Position numbers and translations under genes: made by a program. Positions 10,286-20,067 of a stretch of 64,000 nucleotides of DNA are shown here, piece after piece. Source of the DNA: an uncultured Acidobacteriota bacterium (GTDB lineage Bacteria; Acidobacteriota; Vicinamibacteria; Vicinamibacterales; UBA823); the NCBI GenBank assembly GCA_913052135.1, contig CAJXDY010000002.1, positions 33,820 to 97,819 of the forward strand. Direction: 5' to 3'. How positions within the stretch are numbered: the first letter of the stretch is position 1; every line of letters begins with the position of its first letter. The notes below the pieces were generated by a model, which was not told where the DNA came from, ran no database searches, and saw only the letters and a list, made by a program, of their open reading frames with translations.

Positions 10286-10726
10286 ATGTCGCAAGCGCAA
10301 CCACAAAATTACGGCAACCACTCGCGTATGGTTGCACCATTCCATTATGTTGCATTGCCACTTCTTCTAATCAATTTTGGTTGGTCAATTTATCGAGCCA
10401 TTACGGCGATGTCCACGGAGACCATAATTGGGGCATTAACTGCTCTTGCTCTGATCATTATTGGTTTATTTTCAAGAATACATGCTCTTTGGGCGCAGGA
10501 TCGTGTCATTAGACTCGAAATGCGCTTAAAACTAATTGACATTCTTCCAGACGACCTTAAATCGCGGTTTGACGATCTTTCAACGGCCCACCTTGTTGCC
10601 TTACGTTTTGCTAGTGATGCTGAGCTTCCTGGACTAGTTCGCAGGGTGCTCGATGGCAGTTTGACCGAACAGAAGGCGATTAAACAGGCGATTGTGAATT
10701 GGCAGGCAGACTATCAGCGTGTCTGA
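10286..10726 (+). CDS. DUF6526-like membrane protein
   Basis: QNYGNH...FHYVALP, QDRVIRLEMRL, LRFASDAEL, IKQAIVNWQADYQRV; AGGAGG SD before ATG 10286. Confidence 0.7.
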   Translation: MSQAQPQNYGNHSRMVAPFHYVALPLLLINFGWSIYRAITAMSTETIIGALTALALIIIGLFSRIHALWAQDRVIRLEMRLKLIDILPDDLKSRFDDLSTAHLVALRFASDAELPGLVRRVLDGSLTEQKAIKQAIVNWQADYQRV

Positions 10727-10757
10727 ATCCAATGGCGCACACGAAGGAGTGGTGTAA

Positions 10758-11564
10758 ATGGTTCAGGTGAGTATCCCAGTGCCAGCACGCCGGTTCGGGG
10801 AGACTTTTAGGAGTGACGCCTGGTGGCTACAACCTTTGGTTGTCGCGTTCGGGCTTGGCCTGTTTGTTGTTTATTCGACTTGGGCGGCGTTTCAGGGCGA
10901 GTATTATCACGCTGGGCCTTACCTGTCGCCGTTCTACTCGCCCGAGCTATTCGGTGCATCGTCACACGCTTGGCTCGGTACAAAACCAACGGCATGGCCT
11001 GTTTGGTTACCGTGGTCACCGGCGTTTCTTATTCTTGGTATCCCAGTTGGGTTTCGATTGACCTGCTACTACTACCGCGGCGCTTACTATAAGGCTTTCT
11101 GGGCAGATCCTCCTAATTGTGCCGTTGGCGAGCTTCGAGAGTCTTACCTCGGTGAGCGCTCGTTTCCACTCATTATCCAGAATGTACACCGGTATTTTCT
11201 CTATCTCGCCTTGGTGTTCATCATGATCCTTGCCTACGACGCTTGGAAGGGATTGTGGTTCCCTGATCCAGTCACGGGTATTACAAGTTTTGGTATCGGA
11301 GTGGGTAGTCTTGTACTAATCCTGAACGTTACTCTCCTCGGTGGTTATACCTTCGGTTGTCACTCGTTGCGTCATCTGGCAGGTGGTCGCGTCGATAAAC
11401 TCTCACACATGAATCGATTACGCCAGTCGACATATGACTGTGTGAGTTGTCTCAACCAACGACACATGCTCTGGGCGTGGATGAGCTTGGTGTGGGTTGG
11501 CTTCACTGATTTTTATATTCGGATGTGTGCAATGGGTACTTGGACAGATTTTCGGTTGTTGTGA
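10758..11564 (+). CDS. sdhC: Succinate dehydrogenase membrane anchor, mycobacterial Sdh1 (Rv0249c)-like
   Basis: Multiple TM helices; RLTCYYYR, NVHRYF, GCHSLRH, RHMLWAW; directly upstream of the flavoprotein and Fe-S subunits. Confidence 0.8.
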   Translation: MVQVSIPVPARRFGETFRSDAWWLQPLVVAFGLGLFVVYSTWAAFQGEYYHAGPYLSPFYSPELFGASSHAWLGTKPTAWPVWLPWSPAFLILGIPVGFRLTCYYYRGAYYKAFWADPPNCAVGELRESYLGERSFPLIIQNVHRYFLYLALVFIMILAYDAWKGLWFPDPVTGITSFGIGVGSLVLILNVTLLGGYTFGCHSLRHLAGGRVDKLSHMNRLRQSTYDCVSCLNQRHMLWAWMSLVWVGFTDFYIRMCAMGTWTDFRLL

Positions 11565-11599
11565 TGGGCATTTGAAGCCTTGACGACGACTTACGAGTT

Positions 11600-13405
11600 A
11601 TGGACTATCAAATCTACGAACACGATGTGTTAGTTATCGGTGCGGGCGGGGCCGGCCTTCGAGCCGCGATCGAAGCGTCGGCTTCCGGGGTCTCTGTTGG
11701 CCTGGTGTGTAAGTCACTCTTAGGTAAAGCACACACCGTCATGGCAGAGGGTGGCGTGGCTGCAGCTCTGGGCAACGTGGATGACCGCGATGCGTGGAGT
11801 GTGCATTTTGCCGATACGATGCGTGGCGGTCAGTACATGAACAATGCTCGGATGGCTGAGCTTCATGCCAAGGAGGCCCCAGAACGAGTACGTGAACTTG
11901 AAGGTTGGGGCGCACTGTTTGATCGCACGACTGATGGACGGATCTTGCAACGTAATTTCGGTGGGCACAAATATGCTCGACTTGCCCATGTAGGTGACCG
12001 AACTGGGCTCGAAATGATTCGTACACTGCAGGATCACGGGATACATCAAGGACTTGACGTGCACATGGAGTGCACGATTCTAGAGTTGCTTAAGGATGGA
12101 AATCGCGTTGTTGGTGCCTTTGGCTACGACCGCGAGCGCGGACGCTTCCGTGTATTCCGTGCGCGTTCTGTAGTGCTGGCCACCGGTGGTATTGGTAAGG
12201 CCTATAGGATTACGAGTAATTCTTGGGAATATACCGGCGATGGACATTCACTCGCGTACGAAGCTGGCGCGGATCTTATTGACATGGAATTCGTTCAGTT
12301 TCATCCAACTGGTATGGTCTGGCCACCAAGTGTGCGAGGGATTCTTGTTACCGAGGGTGTACGTGGTGAGGGTGGACTCCTAAAGAACAAGGACGGCCAC
12401 CGGTTTATGTTCGATGATATTCCTGATCTTTATAAGCATCAGACTGCCGACAACGTCGAGGAGGGTTGGCGATATACCCAAGGTGATAAAGATGCGCGAC
12501 GACCGCCAGAATTATTAACCCGCGATCACGTTGCACGATGTATTGTCCGGGAGATTAAGGAAGGTCGAGGTTCCGAACACGGTGGTGTCTATCTTGATAT
12601 CGCTTGGATTAAAGAACGACTGTCGAACGGATCTGAACATATCAAGAAGAAACTACCAAGTATGTACCACCAATTTAAGCAACTTGCTGGAATCGACATC
12701 ACTAAGGAGTCCATGGAGGTTGGTCCGACGACACACTATGTAATGGGTGGTGTTCGTGTTGATCCTGAGACTCAGATGTCCCGTGTGCCTGGATTGTTTG
12801 CAGCTGGAGAGTGCGCAGGCGGTCTGCATGGGGCAAACAGACTCGGCGGTAACTCCCTGTCGGATCTGCTGGTTTTTGGTAAACGTGCAGGCGAATCCGC
12901 AGCAGTGTTCGCGAAGGAGCACGATGCCGGGGTGGTTGACACTGACCAGGTCGGCGAAATTGCGCAACGGGCACTTCAGCCGTTTTCTCGTGACGGCGAA
13001 GGGCCTTACGCTATTCAGCAAGACCTTCAAGTCATGATGCAAGGATTAGTTGGTATCGTGCGGCAGGATCCGGAAATGCAACGGGCCTTGGATGGACTTG
13101 TGCAGCTAAACGATCGAGCCAATCAGGTAAGTGTTGTTGGACATCGTGAATACAATAATGGTTGGCATACAGCGCTTGATCTGCGGAATTTGTTAACCGT
13201 GTCTGAGGCGGTGGCTCGAGCAGCGATTATGCGTCAAGAAAGCCGAGGAGCTCACTTCCGTGAAGATTACCTCGCCAAGGATGATGCATGGGGAAAACAA
13301 AACATCATCATTCGAAAAGCACCTGACGGCATGATGCAAGTGGATTGCGAGCCAATCCCTCAGTTGCGAACTGACTTAGTTCAGATTATTCAAGATAATA
13401 AGTAG
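11600..13405 (+). CDS. sdhA: Succinate dehydrogenase/fumarate reductase flavoprotein subunit
   Basis: GAGGAG, GKAHTVMAEGG (covalent FAD His), QFHPT, TEGVRGEGG, HYVMGG, GANRLGGNSL. Confidence 0.95.
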   Translation: MDYQIYEHDVLVIGAGGAGLRAAIEASASGVSVGLVCKSLLGKAHTVMAEGGVAAALGNVDDRDAWSVHFADTMRGGQYMNNARMAELHAKEAPERVRELEGWGALFDRTTDGRILQRNFGGHKYARLAHVGDRTGLEMIRTLQDHGIHQGLDVHMECTILELLKDGNRVVGAFGYDRERGRFRVFRARSVVLATGGIGKAYRITSNSWEYTGDGHSLAYEAGADLIDMEFVQFHPTGMVWPPSVRGILVTEGVRGEGGLLKNKDGHRFMFDDIPDLYKHQTADNVEEGWRYTQGDKDARRPPELLTRDHVARCIVREIKEGRGSEHGGVYLDIAWIKERLSNGSEHIKKKLPSMYHQFKQLAGIDITKESMEVGPTTHYVMGGVRVDPETQMSRVPGLFAAGECAGGLHGANRLGGNSLSDLLVFGKRAGESAAVFAKEHDAGVVDTDQVGEIAQRALQPFSRDGEGPYAIQQDLQVMMQGLVGIVRQDPEMQRALDGLVQLNDRANQVSVVGHREYNNGWHTALDLRNLLTVSEAVARAAIMRQESRGAHFREDYLAKDDAWGKQNIIIRKAPDGMMQVDCEPIPQLRTDLVQIIQDNK

Positions 13406-13428
13406 GTTAAGGAGTTCGCGGAGAAAAT

Positions 13429-14166
13429 ATGAGCACAGCGACACTTAAGATCTGGCGTGGTAATAGAGACAGTGGTGCATTTCAGCAATATTCCACTGAG
13501 ATTGATGAAGGCATGGTTGTGCTCGATGCCGTATTGGGAATTCAAGCAGAGCAGGCCCACGACTTGGCTGTTCGCTGGAACTGTAAAGCGGGGAAATGCG
13601 GGTCATGTTCAGCAGAGATCAATGGCAATCCCAGATTGATGTGTATGACACGGATGGACACAATTCCAATTGATCGCCCCATAACGGTTGAGCCGATGCA
13701 GGCGTTTCCGTTGATTAAGGACTTGGTAACGGATGTGTCTTGGAATTTTAAGGTAAAACAGGAGATTACCCCATTTACGCCGAAACCAGCAGATGGTGAC
13801 GATGGTACCTGGCGGATGCAGCAGCGTGATGTCAACCGGGTTCAAGAATTCCGTAAGTGCATTGAGTGCTATCTATGTCAGGATGTCTGCCATGTTCTCC
13901 GAGACCATCGGAAGCACGACGAGTTTATAGGACCACGTTTTCTGGTCTACGCTGCTGCTCTTGAGATGCACCCGCTCGATATTGCCGATCGGGTCGATGA
14001 ACTTTCCTCAACTGGTGGTATTGGCTACTGCAACATTACGAAATGTTGCACGAAAGTATGTCCCGAAGAGATCACTATCACTGACAATGCAATTATTCCG
14101 CTAAAGGAACGTGTCGTCGATAAGTTCTACGATCCACTGACTAAGTTGTTTAGGATTTTCCAGTAA
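13429..14166 (+). CDS. sdhB: Succinate dehydrogenase/fumarate reductase iron-sulfur subunit
   Basis: CKAGKCGSC...C, CIECYLCQDVC and CNITKCCTKVCP cluster motifs. Confidence 0.95.
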   Translation: MSTATLKIWRGNRDSGAFQQYSTEIDEGMVVLDAVLGIQAEQAHDLAVRWNCKAGKCGSCSAEINGNPRLMCMTRMDTIPIDRPITVEPMQAFPLIKDLVTDVSWNFKVKQEITPFTPKPADGDDGTWRMQQRDVNRVQEFRKCIECYLCQDVCHVLRDHRKHDEFIGPRFLVYAAALEMHPLDIADRVDELSSTGGIGYCNITKCCTKVCPEEITITDNAIIPLKERVVDKFYDPLTKLFRIFQ

Positions 14167-14212
14167 GTTGAGTTTTCGTTAGATGTATCTTGTTGCAATC
14201 TTCCGGAGTTAA

Positions 14213-14461
14213 TTAGTGCATCCATGGGTTGCGATCTTTTTCCCATGTTTCGGCTTCCTCTTCATCCCAGTGTCGACGCTGGGCTTTCCTCTTCTGGCGA
14301 TGTCGCCAGATGGCGATAAGCGCAAGTAATGTTACAACCGACCAAAGAGTCGATGGGCTTGAGACAAATCCAACCCATAATTCCCAAACCGCTGGCCGTT
14401 GCCAATAAACGGTTTCAGTATGCTGTGCCAACGAATCTGCTGTAGCGAAGAGACTAAGCAC
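14213..14461 (-). CDS. Small hypothetical membrane protein
   Basis: GTG 14461 lies just after the upstream stop; one hydrophobic helix followed by a basic stretch (WRHRQKRK). Confidence 0.5.
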   Translation of the reverse strand: MLSLFATADSLAQHTETVYWQRPAVWELWVGFVSSPSTLWSVVTLLALIAIWRHRQKRKAQRRHWDEEEAETWEKDRNPWMH

Positions 14462-14462
14462 G

Positions 14463-15494
14463 TCAACTCTCGAAAACCTTCGCAATTTCGTCTCGGTCTG
14501 GAGGAATCAGAGGTAACGTAGCATCACCACTCTCGATTTGCATTCCATCATTGACGGGCACAACTTCTGCAATTTCTTTGACTGGAATTCCCTCCCTTTC
14601 CAGAGCTGCTACGACTTTTTCTACCGTTTTGTCTGATGCACCTATTAATAAAGCACCCGACGCAATTAAACGTAGTGGATCAATTTGCAAGCAGTGACAT
14701 ATCGCACGTGTTTCGGGAAAGATTGGCACGCGATCAGCGAAGACTCGTAACCCTTTACCAGAAGCTACGGCCAATTCGTGCAAACCAGCGACCAAGCCAC
14801 CCTCTGTTGGATCGTGCATGCTGTGAATATCACCGCTACTAGTAGCTATTCGTGCCGCTTTCACAACACTGATTCCAGGATTGAAAAGAAATTGTTCAGC
14901 TTGATCGATTTGATCTGCTGACAGGTGGTTCTGTAGCAACTCACGTTTTTCCCGAGCTAACAGAGCCGTTCCTTCGATAGCAAGGCCTTGTGTAAGAAGA
15001 ATCTTGTCGCCTACTTGTAAACTTGATTTTCTAATCAAATCCTTTTTGTCGACCTCTCCGATCATTTGTCCAACGATGATAGGTCGTTGGAGACCAGTTG
15101 TTATCTCGGTGTGGCCACCAGAGACAGTAATTCCAAACTCATCACAGGTTTGCCGAATCTCCGTCATTATGGAATCAACCATTGCAAACGTGGTTTCCTG
15201 CTCAGGCAAGAGCAAGGCTGTAAAAAACCAACGCGGGGTAGCACCCATAACAGCGATGTCGTTTGCGTTAACGTGTACGACATACCAACCGATTCTATCG
15301 GTAGCAAACGTGACAGGGTCAGTGGTGACAACAAGGTATTTGCTACCAAAGTCGAGGACAGTGGCATCTTCGCCTAACTGTGGACCTATGACGACACGCG
15401 GATCGACTCGTTGCAGCGGCGTAAGAAGTTCACGTAGTTGCTCCGCCGAAAGTTTTCCGGCTTGCAGCAAATCTAGTCTCTGCTCTTGTGACAC
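14463..15494 (-). CDS. AIR-synthase (PurM/HypE-like) family ATP-binding protein
   Basis: GKL, GEDA, TTDP, VNANDIA, GGHTE and MHDPTEGG motifs. Confidence 0.8.
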   Translation of the reverse strand: MSQEQRLDLLQAGKLSAEQLRELLTPLQRVDPRVVIGPQLGEDATVLDFGSKYLVVTTDPVTFATDRIGWYVVHVNANDIAVMGATPRWFFTALLLPEQETTFAMVDSIMTEIRQTCDEFGITVSGGHTEITTGLQRPIIVGQMIGEVDKKDLIRKSSLQVGDKILLTQGLAIEGTALLAREKRELLQNHLSADQIDQAEQFLFNPGISVVKAARIATSSGDIHSMHDPTEGGLVAGLHELAVASGKGLRVFADRVPIFPETRAICHCLQIDPLRLIASGALLIGASDKTVEKVVAALEREGIPVKEIAEVVPVNDGMQIESGDATLPLIPPDRDEIAKVFES

Positions 15495-15661
15495 TGAAGT
15501 CTAAACCTCCAGGAGGGCCAGTCAAGCTGCGATCTACATTCATACATATTAAAGTGGCGCGAGCGTACCATGGCAATCCAAGGACGGTCAATTACGTTCA
15601 ATCCCAGTTTATGTTGATCTCTCGTATAATTAAGTGTGACTACAAATCTGTGAAAATCGTC

Positions 15662-16249
15662 ATGATTCGAAGAGCGGTTACATCACGTCTACCGACTGAT
15701 TACGGGGAATTTCAACTGCACGCTTATCTTGAGGAGCGGGATAGCAATCAGGACCGTGTGCATCTGGCCCTTGTGAAAGGTGTTGTTGAAACAGGTCCAC
15801 CTCCACTTGTCCGCGTTCATTCCGAGTGTTTTACTGGTGAGGTGCTGTTCTCAAGTCGCTGCGACTGTGGTAAGCAGCTTGATAGGGCACTCTCAGCCAT
15901 TGGTAGATCCTCGTCAGGAATTTTAATCTACCTTCGTCAAGAGGGGCGCGGGATAGGCCTACTGAACAAATTAGAGGCTTACAACCTTCAAGACAAGGGT
16001 TTCGATACCGTTGACGCCAATCTTCATCTGGGTTTTGAGCCTGATCAGCGAGAATATTCAGTTGCTGTGAATGTTTTGGAAGACCTTCGAGTGCGCGAGG
16101 TCCGCTTACTGACTAACAACCCCGACAAAGTAACGGCTTTCAGCCAGTCGAACGTAAAGGTCATCGAAAGAATACCACTCGTGATTAATTCGACTCCTGA
16201 AAGCGAAGGGTACCTTGAAACCAAACGTAAACGGCTTGGTCACTTCTGA
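15662..16249 (+). CDS. ribA: GTP cyclohydrolase II
   Basis: VRVHSECFTG...RCDCG, YLRQEGRGIGL, LLTNNPDK; start revised to ATG 15662. Confidence 0.95.
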   Translation: MIRRAVTSRLPTDYGEFQLHAYLEERDSNQDRVHLALVKGVVETGPPPLVRVHSECFTGEVLFSSRCDCGKQLDRALSAIGRSSSGILIYLRQEGRGIGLLNKLEAYNLQDKGFDTVDANLHLGFEPDQREYSVAVNVLEDLRVREVRLLTNNPDKVTAFSQSNVKVIERIPLVINSTPESEGYLETKRKRLGHF

Positions 16250-16257
16250 TCACTAAG

Positions 16258-17373
16258 ATGACGTCGTCTCGCTATTTTAATAACCCTGGAAGTCGAAGAA
16301 CGACAACTCGGCCGGTTGTAATTAATCCAGAAGAGTTTGACCGTGTAGCGACTTTCTATCGTCGACAACCCCAAAACGATCCCACGCCGCTTTATCGATT
16401 GCCAGGATTGGCATCGGTGACTGGGCTAGGAGAAATCTGGTTAAAGGATGAATCGCAACGTTTCGACTTGCCCGCTTTCAAGATTCTGGGAGTGCTCTAC
16501 GCTTTCGAACGCATTCTTGAGGCACAGCCGAAAAACTCTAAGCTGGTAGTTGCCTGTGCGTCAGCCGGCAACCATGGCCGAGCTGTTGCACGCGCAGCTC
16601 GAATGCACGGATTATCGGCCAAGATTTACCTGCCGGTTAGCGTCGCACCTGCTCGGATTGATGCCATTGCTAGTGAAGGAGCTGAGGTGGTGGTGACTGA
16701 TCAAGGTTACGAAGGCTCTATCCGTCTAGTTAACACCGAGGCCAAACGCAGGGGTTGGCAGGTGGTGTCGGATACTGCATGGGACGGGTACGAAACAATT
16801 CCACGTTGGATCATGGCTGGCTACAGTTGGTTGATGGAGGAGGCATCTCTGCAGTGGGCATCGGACAAACCACCTGATGCGGTGTTCGTTCAGGCTGGAG
16901 TCGGTGGCCTCGCCTGTGCAGTTCTGACTTGGTTGGATTGGAAATATGGTTCTGGGCGTCCGCCTGTCATCACTTGTGAGCCAAGTGCAGCACCCTGCTT
17001 GTTGGAATCAGCTCGTGCCGGTCAACCTGTGGCCGTCGCCGATCGGGATACAATGATGGCCTGTCTCCGATGTGCTGAGATTTCGCCAGTGGTTTGGCCA
17101 GTGATTGAGAATGGATTTGATGCGTTTGTAGCAGTTGACGATAAGTGTGTCGCCGACACTATCCGTCAGCTTGCATATCCGAATGCCGGTGATCCAACGG
17201 TTGTTGCAGGTGCATGTGGGGCATGTGGTCTTGCCGCGCTTTTGGCGGTCATGAATGACTCTACACTAAGATCTGTGCGTGAGACTGCTAAGATCGGTCC
17301 TGATTCACGGGTGCTTGTTATTAACAGTGAAGGCGCAACTGATCCGGAGATCTATCGCTCAATCGTCAATTAA
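16258..17373 (+). CDS. dpaL: Diaminopropionate ammonia-lyase-like PLP enzyme
   Basis: KDESQRFDLPAFKILG, GNHGR, SDTAW, QAGVGG, MMACLRC, NSEGATD. Confidence 0.82.
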   Translation: MTSSRYFNNPGSRRTTTRPVVINPEEFDRVATFYRRQPQNDPTPLYRLPGLASVTGLGEIWLKDESQRFDLPAFKILGVLYAFERILEAQPKNSKLVVACASAGNHGRAVARAARMHGLSAKIYLPVSVAPARIDAIASEGAEVVVTDQGYEGSIRLVNTEAKRRGWQVVSDTAWDGYETIPRWIMAGYSWLMEEASLQWASDKPPDAVFVQAGVGGLACAVLTWLDWKYGSGRPPVITCEPSAAPCLLESARAGQPVAVADRDTMMACLRCAEISPVVWPVIENGFDAFVAVDDKCVADTIRQLAYPNAGDPTVVAGACGACGLAALLAVMNDSTLRSVRETAKIGPDSRVLVINSEGATDPEIYRSIVN

Positions 17374-17411
17374 CAACACGACCGGTGACTTTCGGCTATT
17401 AAGGAAACCAC

Positions 17412-18734
17412 ATGGAAACGGTTTTTGCGAAGTTATCATCAAAGGTCACCCTCAGAAGAATTTTGGGTCGTTGGGATTTGACCGCAATAGGTATTAATCA
17501 AGTCATTGGCAGTGGAATTTTTTTACTGCCGTCATTGATTACAGCGCAGGTCGGGGCTTGGAGCGTCATGGCATTTGTTTTGGCTGGACTGGCTTCCATG
17601 CTTGTGGCCCTTTGCTTCGCTGAAGTCGGTAGCCGATTCAAGGAAACTGGTGGTCCGTATTTGTACACCCGCGTAGCCTTTGGTCGATTTGTCGGATTCG
17701 AAGTTGGCTGGATGCAATGGATTACACGGGTGACGAGTTGGGCAAGTGTTGCCAATGGAATTCCACTAGCGCTTAGCTTCTATGTTCCAGCAGTGACTGC
17801 TGGCGTATATCGAACAGTATTCATTGTTGCACTGTTCTTAATACTGGCAGCCATCAACTATCGAGGAATCCAACAAGCCGCTTGGACAGTTAATCTTTTC
17901 ACTATTAGCAAATTAGTACCGCTGATCGTCTTTATTGCAGTAGGCGTCTTTTTTATTCAAGCCGAACCATTTACAAGGCTCACGCCGATATCCTGGTCGC
18001 AGGGCTCTACTGCCGCCCTATTACTGATCTTCGCATTTGGTGGATTCGATGTAATTCCGGTTCCAAGTGGTGAGTCTTCCAATCCACGCGACCAAGTGCC
18101 TTTTGCGATGATATCAGCTGTATCTGGTGTCACTTTGGTAATGTTATTAGCTCACGTTGTTGCTCTGGGCACTCTTCCAGGGCTCGCACAATCGGCGACT
18201 CCACTAGCTGATTCGGCGTTCTTATTCATGGGCACGTCGGGCGCGATCATTATCGGTGTTGGGGCAGTGATTTCGATGATTGGCAACAATGCAGGACAAG
18301 TGCTGACAGGTTCCCGAATGCTATTTGCACTTTCGGAGAACGGCGACTTACCGCATGTGTTGGGACGCATACACCCTCGTTTTCAAACTCCGTCGACGTC
18401 AATTCTCGTTACGACGGGACTTTCTTTAGGGCTTGCGCTATCCGGCTCTTTTGTTGTCCTTGCAACGGCTAGTGCTGTCGCCCGTTTAGTGGTCTACGCA
18501 GGAGTGGGTGCTGCGACGTTGCAGCTTCGTAAATCCAGATTCGCAGGTGTCCTGCCGACGGCGAATTTTCGCACACCGTTTGGTGCCATTGTGCCAATCT
18601 TAGCAATTGGAGTTTCAATGATTATTCTTTTTGGGGCATCCCGTGAGCAGCTCATTGCTGGCTTCGGTGCGTTGCTGATTGGTGCCGTGGTATTTGTGTT
18701 AAATAATCGGCTAGCCATTAGCGCATCTCGCTAG
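17412..18734 (+). CDS. APC-family amino acid permease
   Basis: VIGSGIF, EVGS...GGPYLY; about 12 hydrophobic segments. Confidence 0.9.
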   Translation: METVFAKLSSKVTLRRILGRWDLTAIGINQVIGSGIFLLPSLITAQVGAWSVMAFVLAGLASMLVALCFAEVGSRFKETGGPYLYTRVAFGRFVGFEVGWMQWITRVTSWASVANGIPLALSFYVPAVTAGVYRTVFIVALFLILAAINYRGIQQAAWTVNLFTISKLVPLIVFIAVGVFFIQAEPFTRLTPISWSQGSTAALLLIFAFGGFDVIPVPSGESSNPRDQVPFAMISAVSGVTLVMLLAHVVALGTLPGLAQSATPLADSAFLFMGTSGAIIIGVGAVISMIGNNAGQVLTGSRMLFALSENGDLPHVLGRIHPRFQTPSTSILVTTGLSLGLALSGSFVVLATASAVARLVVYAGVGAATLQLRKSRFAGVLPTANFRTPFGAIVPILAIGVSMIILFGASREQLIAGFGALLIGAVVFVLNNRLAISASR

Positions 18735-18788
18735 CAGAAATTGGCTTCCGATTGTGACAACTGCTGGTAATAAAAGGAAAAGGTTCTC

Positions 18789-19337
18789 ATGACGAGACAT
18801 AGTTTTACTTGCAGAATACGTCATTACGTTGGAGTGATGTTTTTTCTCGGACTCATGACTGTGCCAATTGAGGCACAAAAAACCATTATTATTGTGAGGC
18901 ACGCCGAGAAAGTTGATGACTCACATAATCCCCAACTATCTCCAAAAGGTAAGATGCGGGCCCAGGCACTAGCACGTCATCTCCAAGATGTCGGAATTAA
19001 TGCCGTGTACTCGACTGGGTATATTAGAACGATTGATACAGTCTCACCACTTGCGAAGACTTTGGGGCTCAGCGTATCGTTGGAACCCATTCACGATATC
19101 AATGCTTTCTCAGACAACGCGATCACCCGCTATCACGAAGCGCTTGTGACACAACTGCAGCGTATGCACCAGGATGACGTTGTTTTAATTGTGGGACATT
19201 CGAACTCATTACCGAGTTTACTTCAAACACTTGGCCACCCCGAACCGATTGCTATTGCTAGTGAAGAGTATGACAACCTGTTTGTCGTGATTCCAAGACT
19301 GGGAGGGCCACCAAGTGTCTTAAGGTTTCGGTTCTAA
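18789..19337 (+). CDS. Histidine phosphatase (PGM/SixA-like) family protein, probably secreted
   Basis: VRHAEK and VGHSN motifs; signal-like N-terminus; start uncertain. Confidence 0.8.
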   Translation: MTRHSFTCRIRHYVGVMFFLGLMTVPIEAQKTIIIVRHAEKVDDSHNPQLSPKGKMRAQALARHLQDVGINAVYSTGYIRTIDTVSPLAKTLGLSVSLEPIHDINAFSDNAITRYHEALVTQLQRMHQDDVVLIVGHSNSLPSLLQTLGHPEPIAIASEEYDNLFVVIPRLGGPPSVLRFRF

Positions 19338-19398
19338 TGTTTTATTTAGTTTTTAATTACGAGAACTTCATTGGACGTCACAGATCCGCCTACGTCGA

Positions 19399-20067
19399 TC
19401 ACGTAAAAGTAACGAAATCATCGAGCGGTTTCTTGGTGATGTTTGGAACTGTCGTACCTTCGGCAGGATAACCTACCACAAGCAAGAGGAACGGACGTTC
19501 ATGTATTGGTCGTTTCAAAATCTTGTTCAGAAACTTCATTGGACTTGGTGTGTGTGTTAGTGAGACCAGACCCGCATGATGAATAGCAGTGATCAGCAGG
19601 CCCGTGGCAATACCTACAGATTCTTGCACGTAGTAATGTTTTACATTCCGTCCGTCTGGCAGTAGACCGTGGGTTTCTGCGAAAATCGCGATTAAGCAGG
19701 GAGCTGTTTCTAGGAAAGGCTTATGCTCGTTGGTTCCAAGTGGTGCGAGTGCATCCAGCCACTCACGAGGTGCTCGACCACTGTAGAATGTTCGCTCCTC
19801 TTCCTCTGCACCTTCACGAATCTGTGCCTTCATAGTGGGATCTGTCACAACAACAAAATGCCATGGTTGGAGATTTGCACCGCTCGGTGCGGTACCTGCG
19901 GCTCGAAGACAATGCTTAATAACACTGTGCGGTACTGGTTGGCTTGAGAAGTCACGCACAGTTCGGCGTCCGCTTATTTCTTCATAGAAAGTTTTAGCAC
20001 GACGGCGCATTATGTGTTCCGGGTACTGTTTGTAATTGGCAAGGGGAAGGAATTGATGTGTCGACAT
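19399..20067 (-). CDS. iyd: Iodotyrosine deiodinase-like nitroreductase-superfamily flavoprotein
   Basis: [15 protein letters not shown], lid EEEERTFY...[25 protein letters not shown]; start ATG 20067. Confidence 0.8.
   Translation of the reverse strand: MSTHQFLPLANYKQYPEHIMRRRAKTFYEEISGRRTVRDFSSQPVPHSVIKHCLRAAGTAPSGANLQPWHFVVVTDPTMKAQIREGAEEEERTFYSGRAPREWLDALAPLGTNEHKPFLETAPCLIAIFAETHGLLPDGRNVKHYYVQESVGIATGLLITAIHHAGLVSLTHTPSPMKFLNKILKRPIHERPFLLLVVGYPAEGTTVPNITKKPLDDFVTFT

Noticed and set aside
14463-15494. Selenophosphate synthetase SelD (same fold; attractive given the selenoprotein)
   Set aside because: No N-terminal C/U-x-x-K motif; the GKL/GEDA pattern is HypE-like.
15495-15661. FMN riboswitch upstream of ribA
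   Set aside because: No RFN conserved blocks visible.
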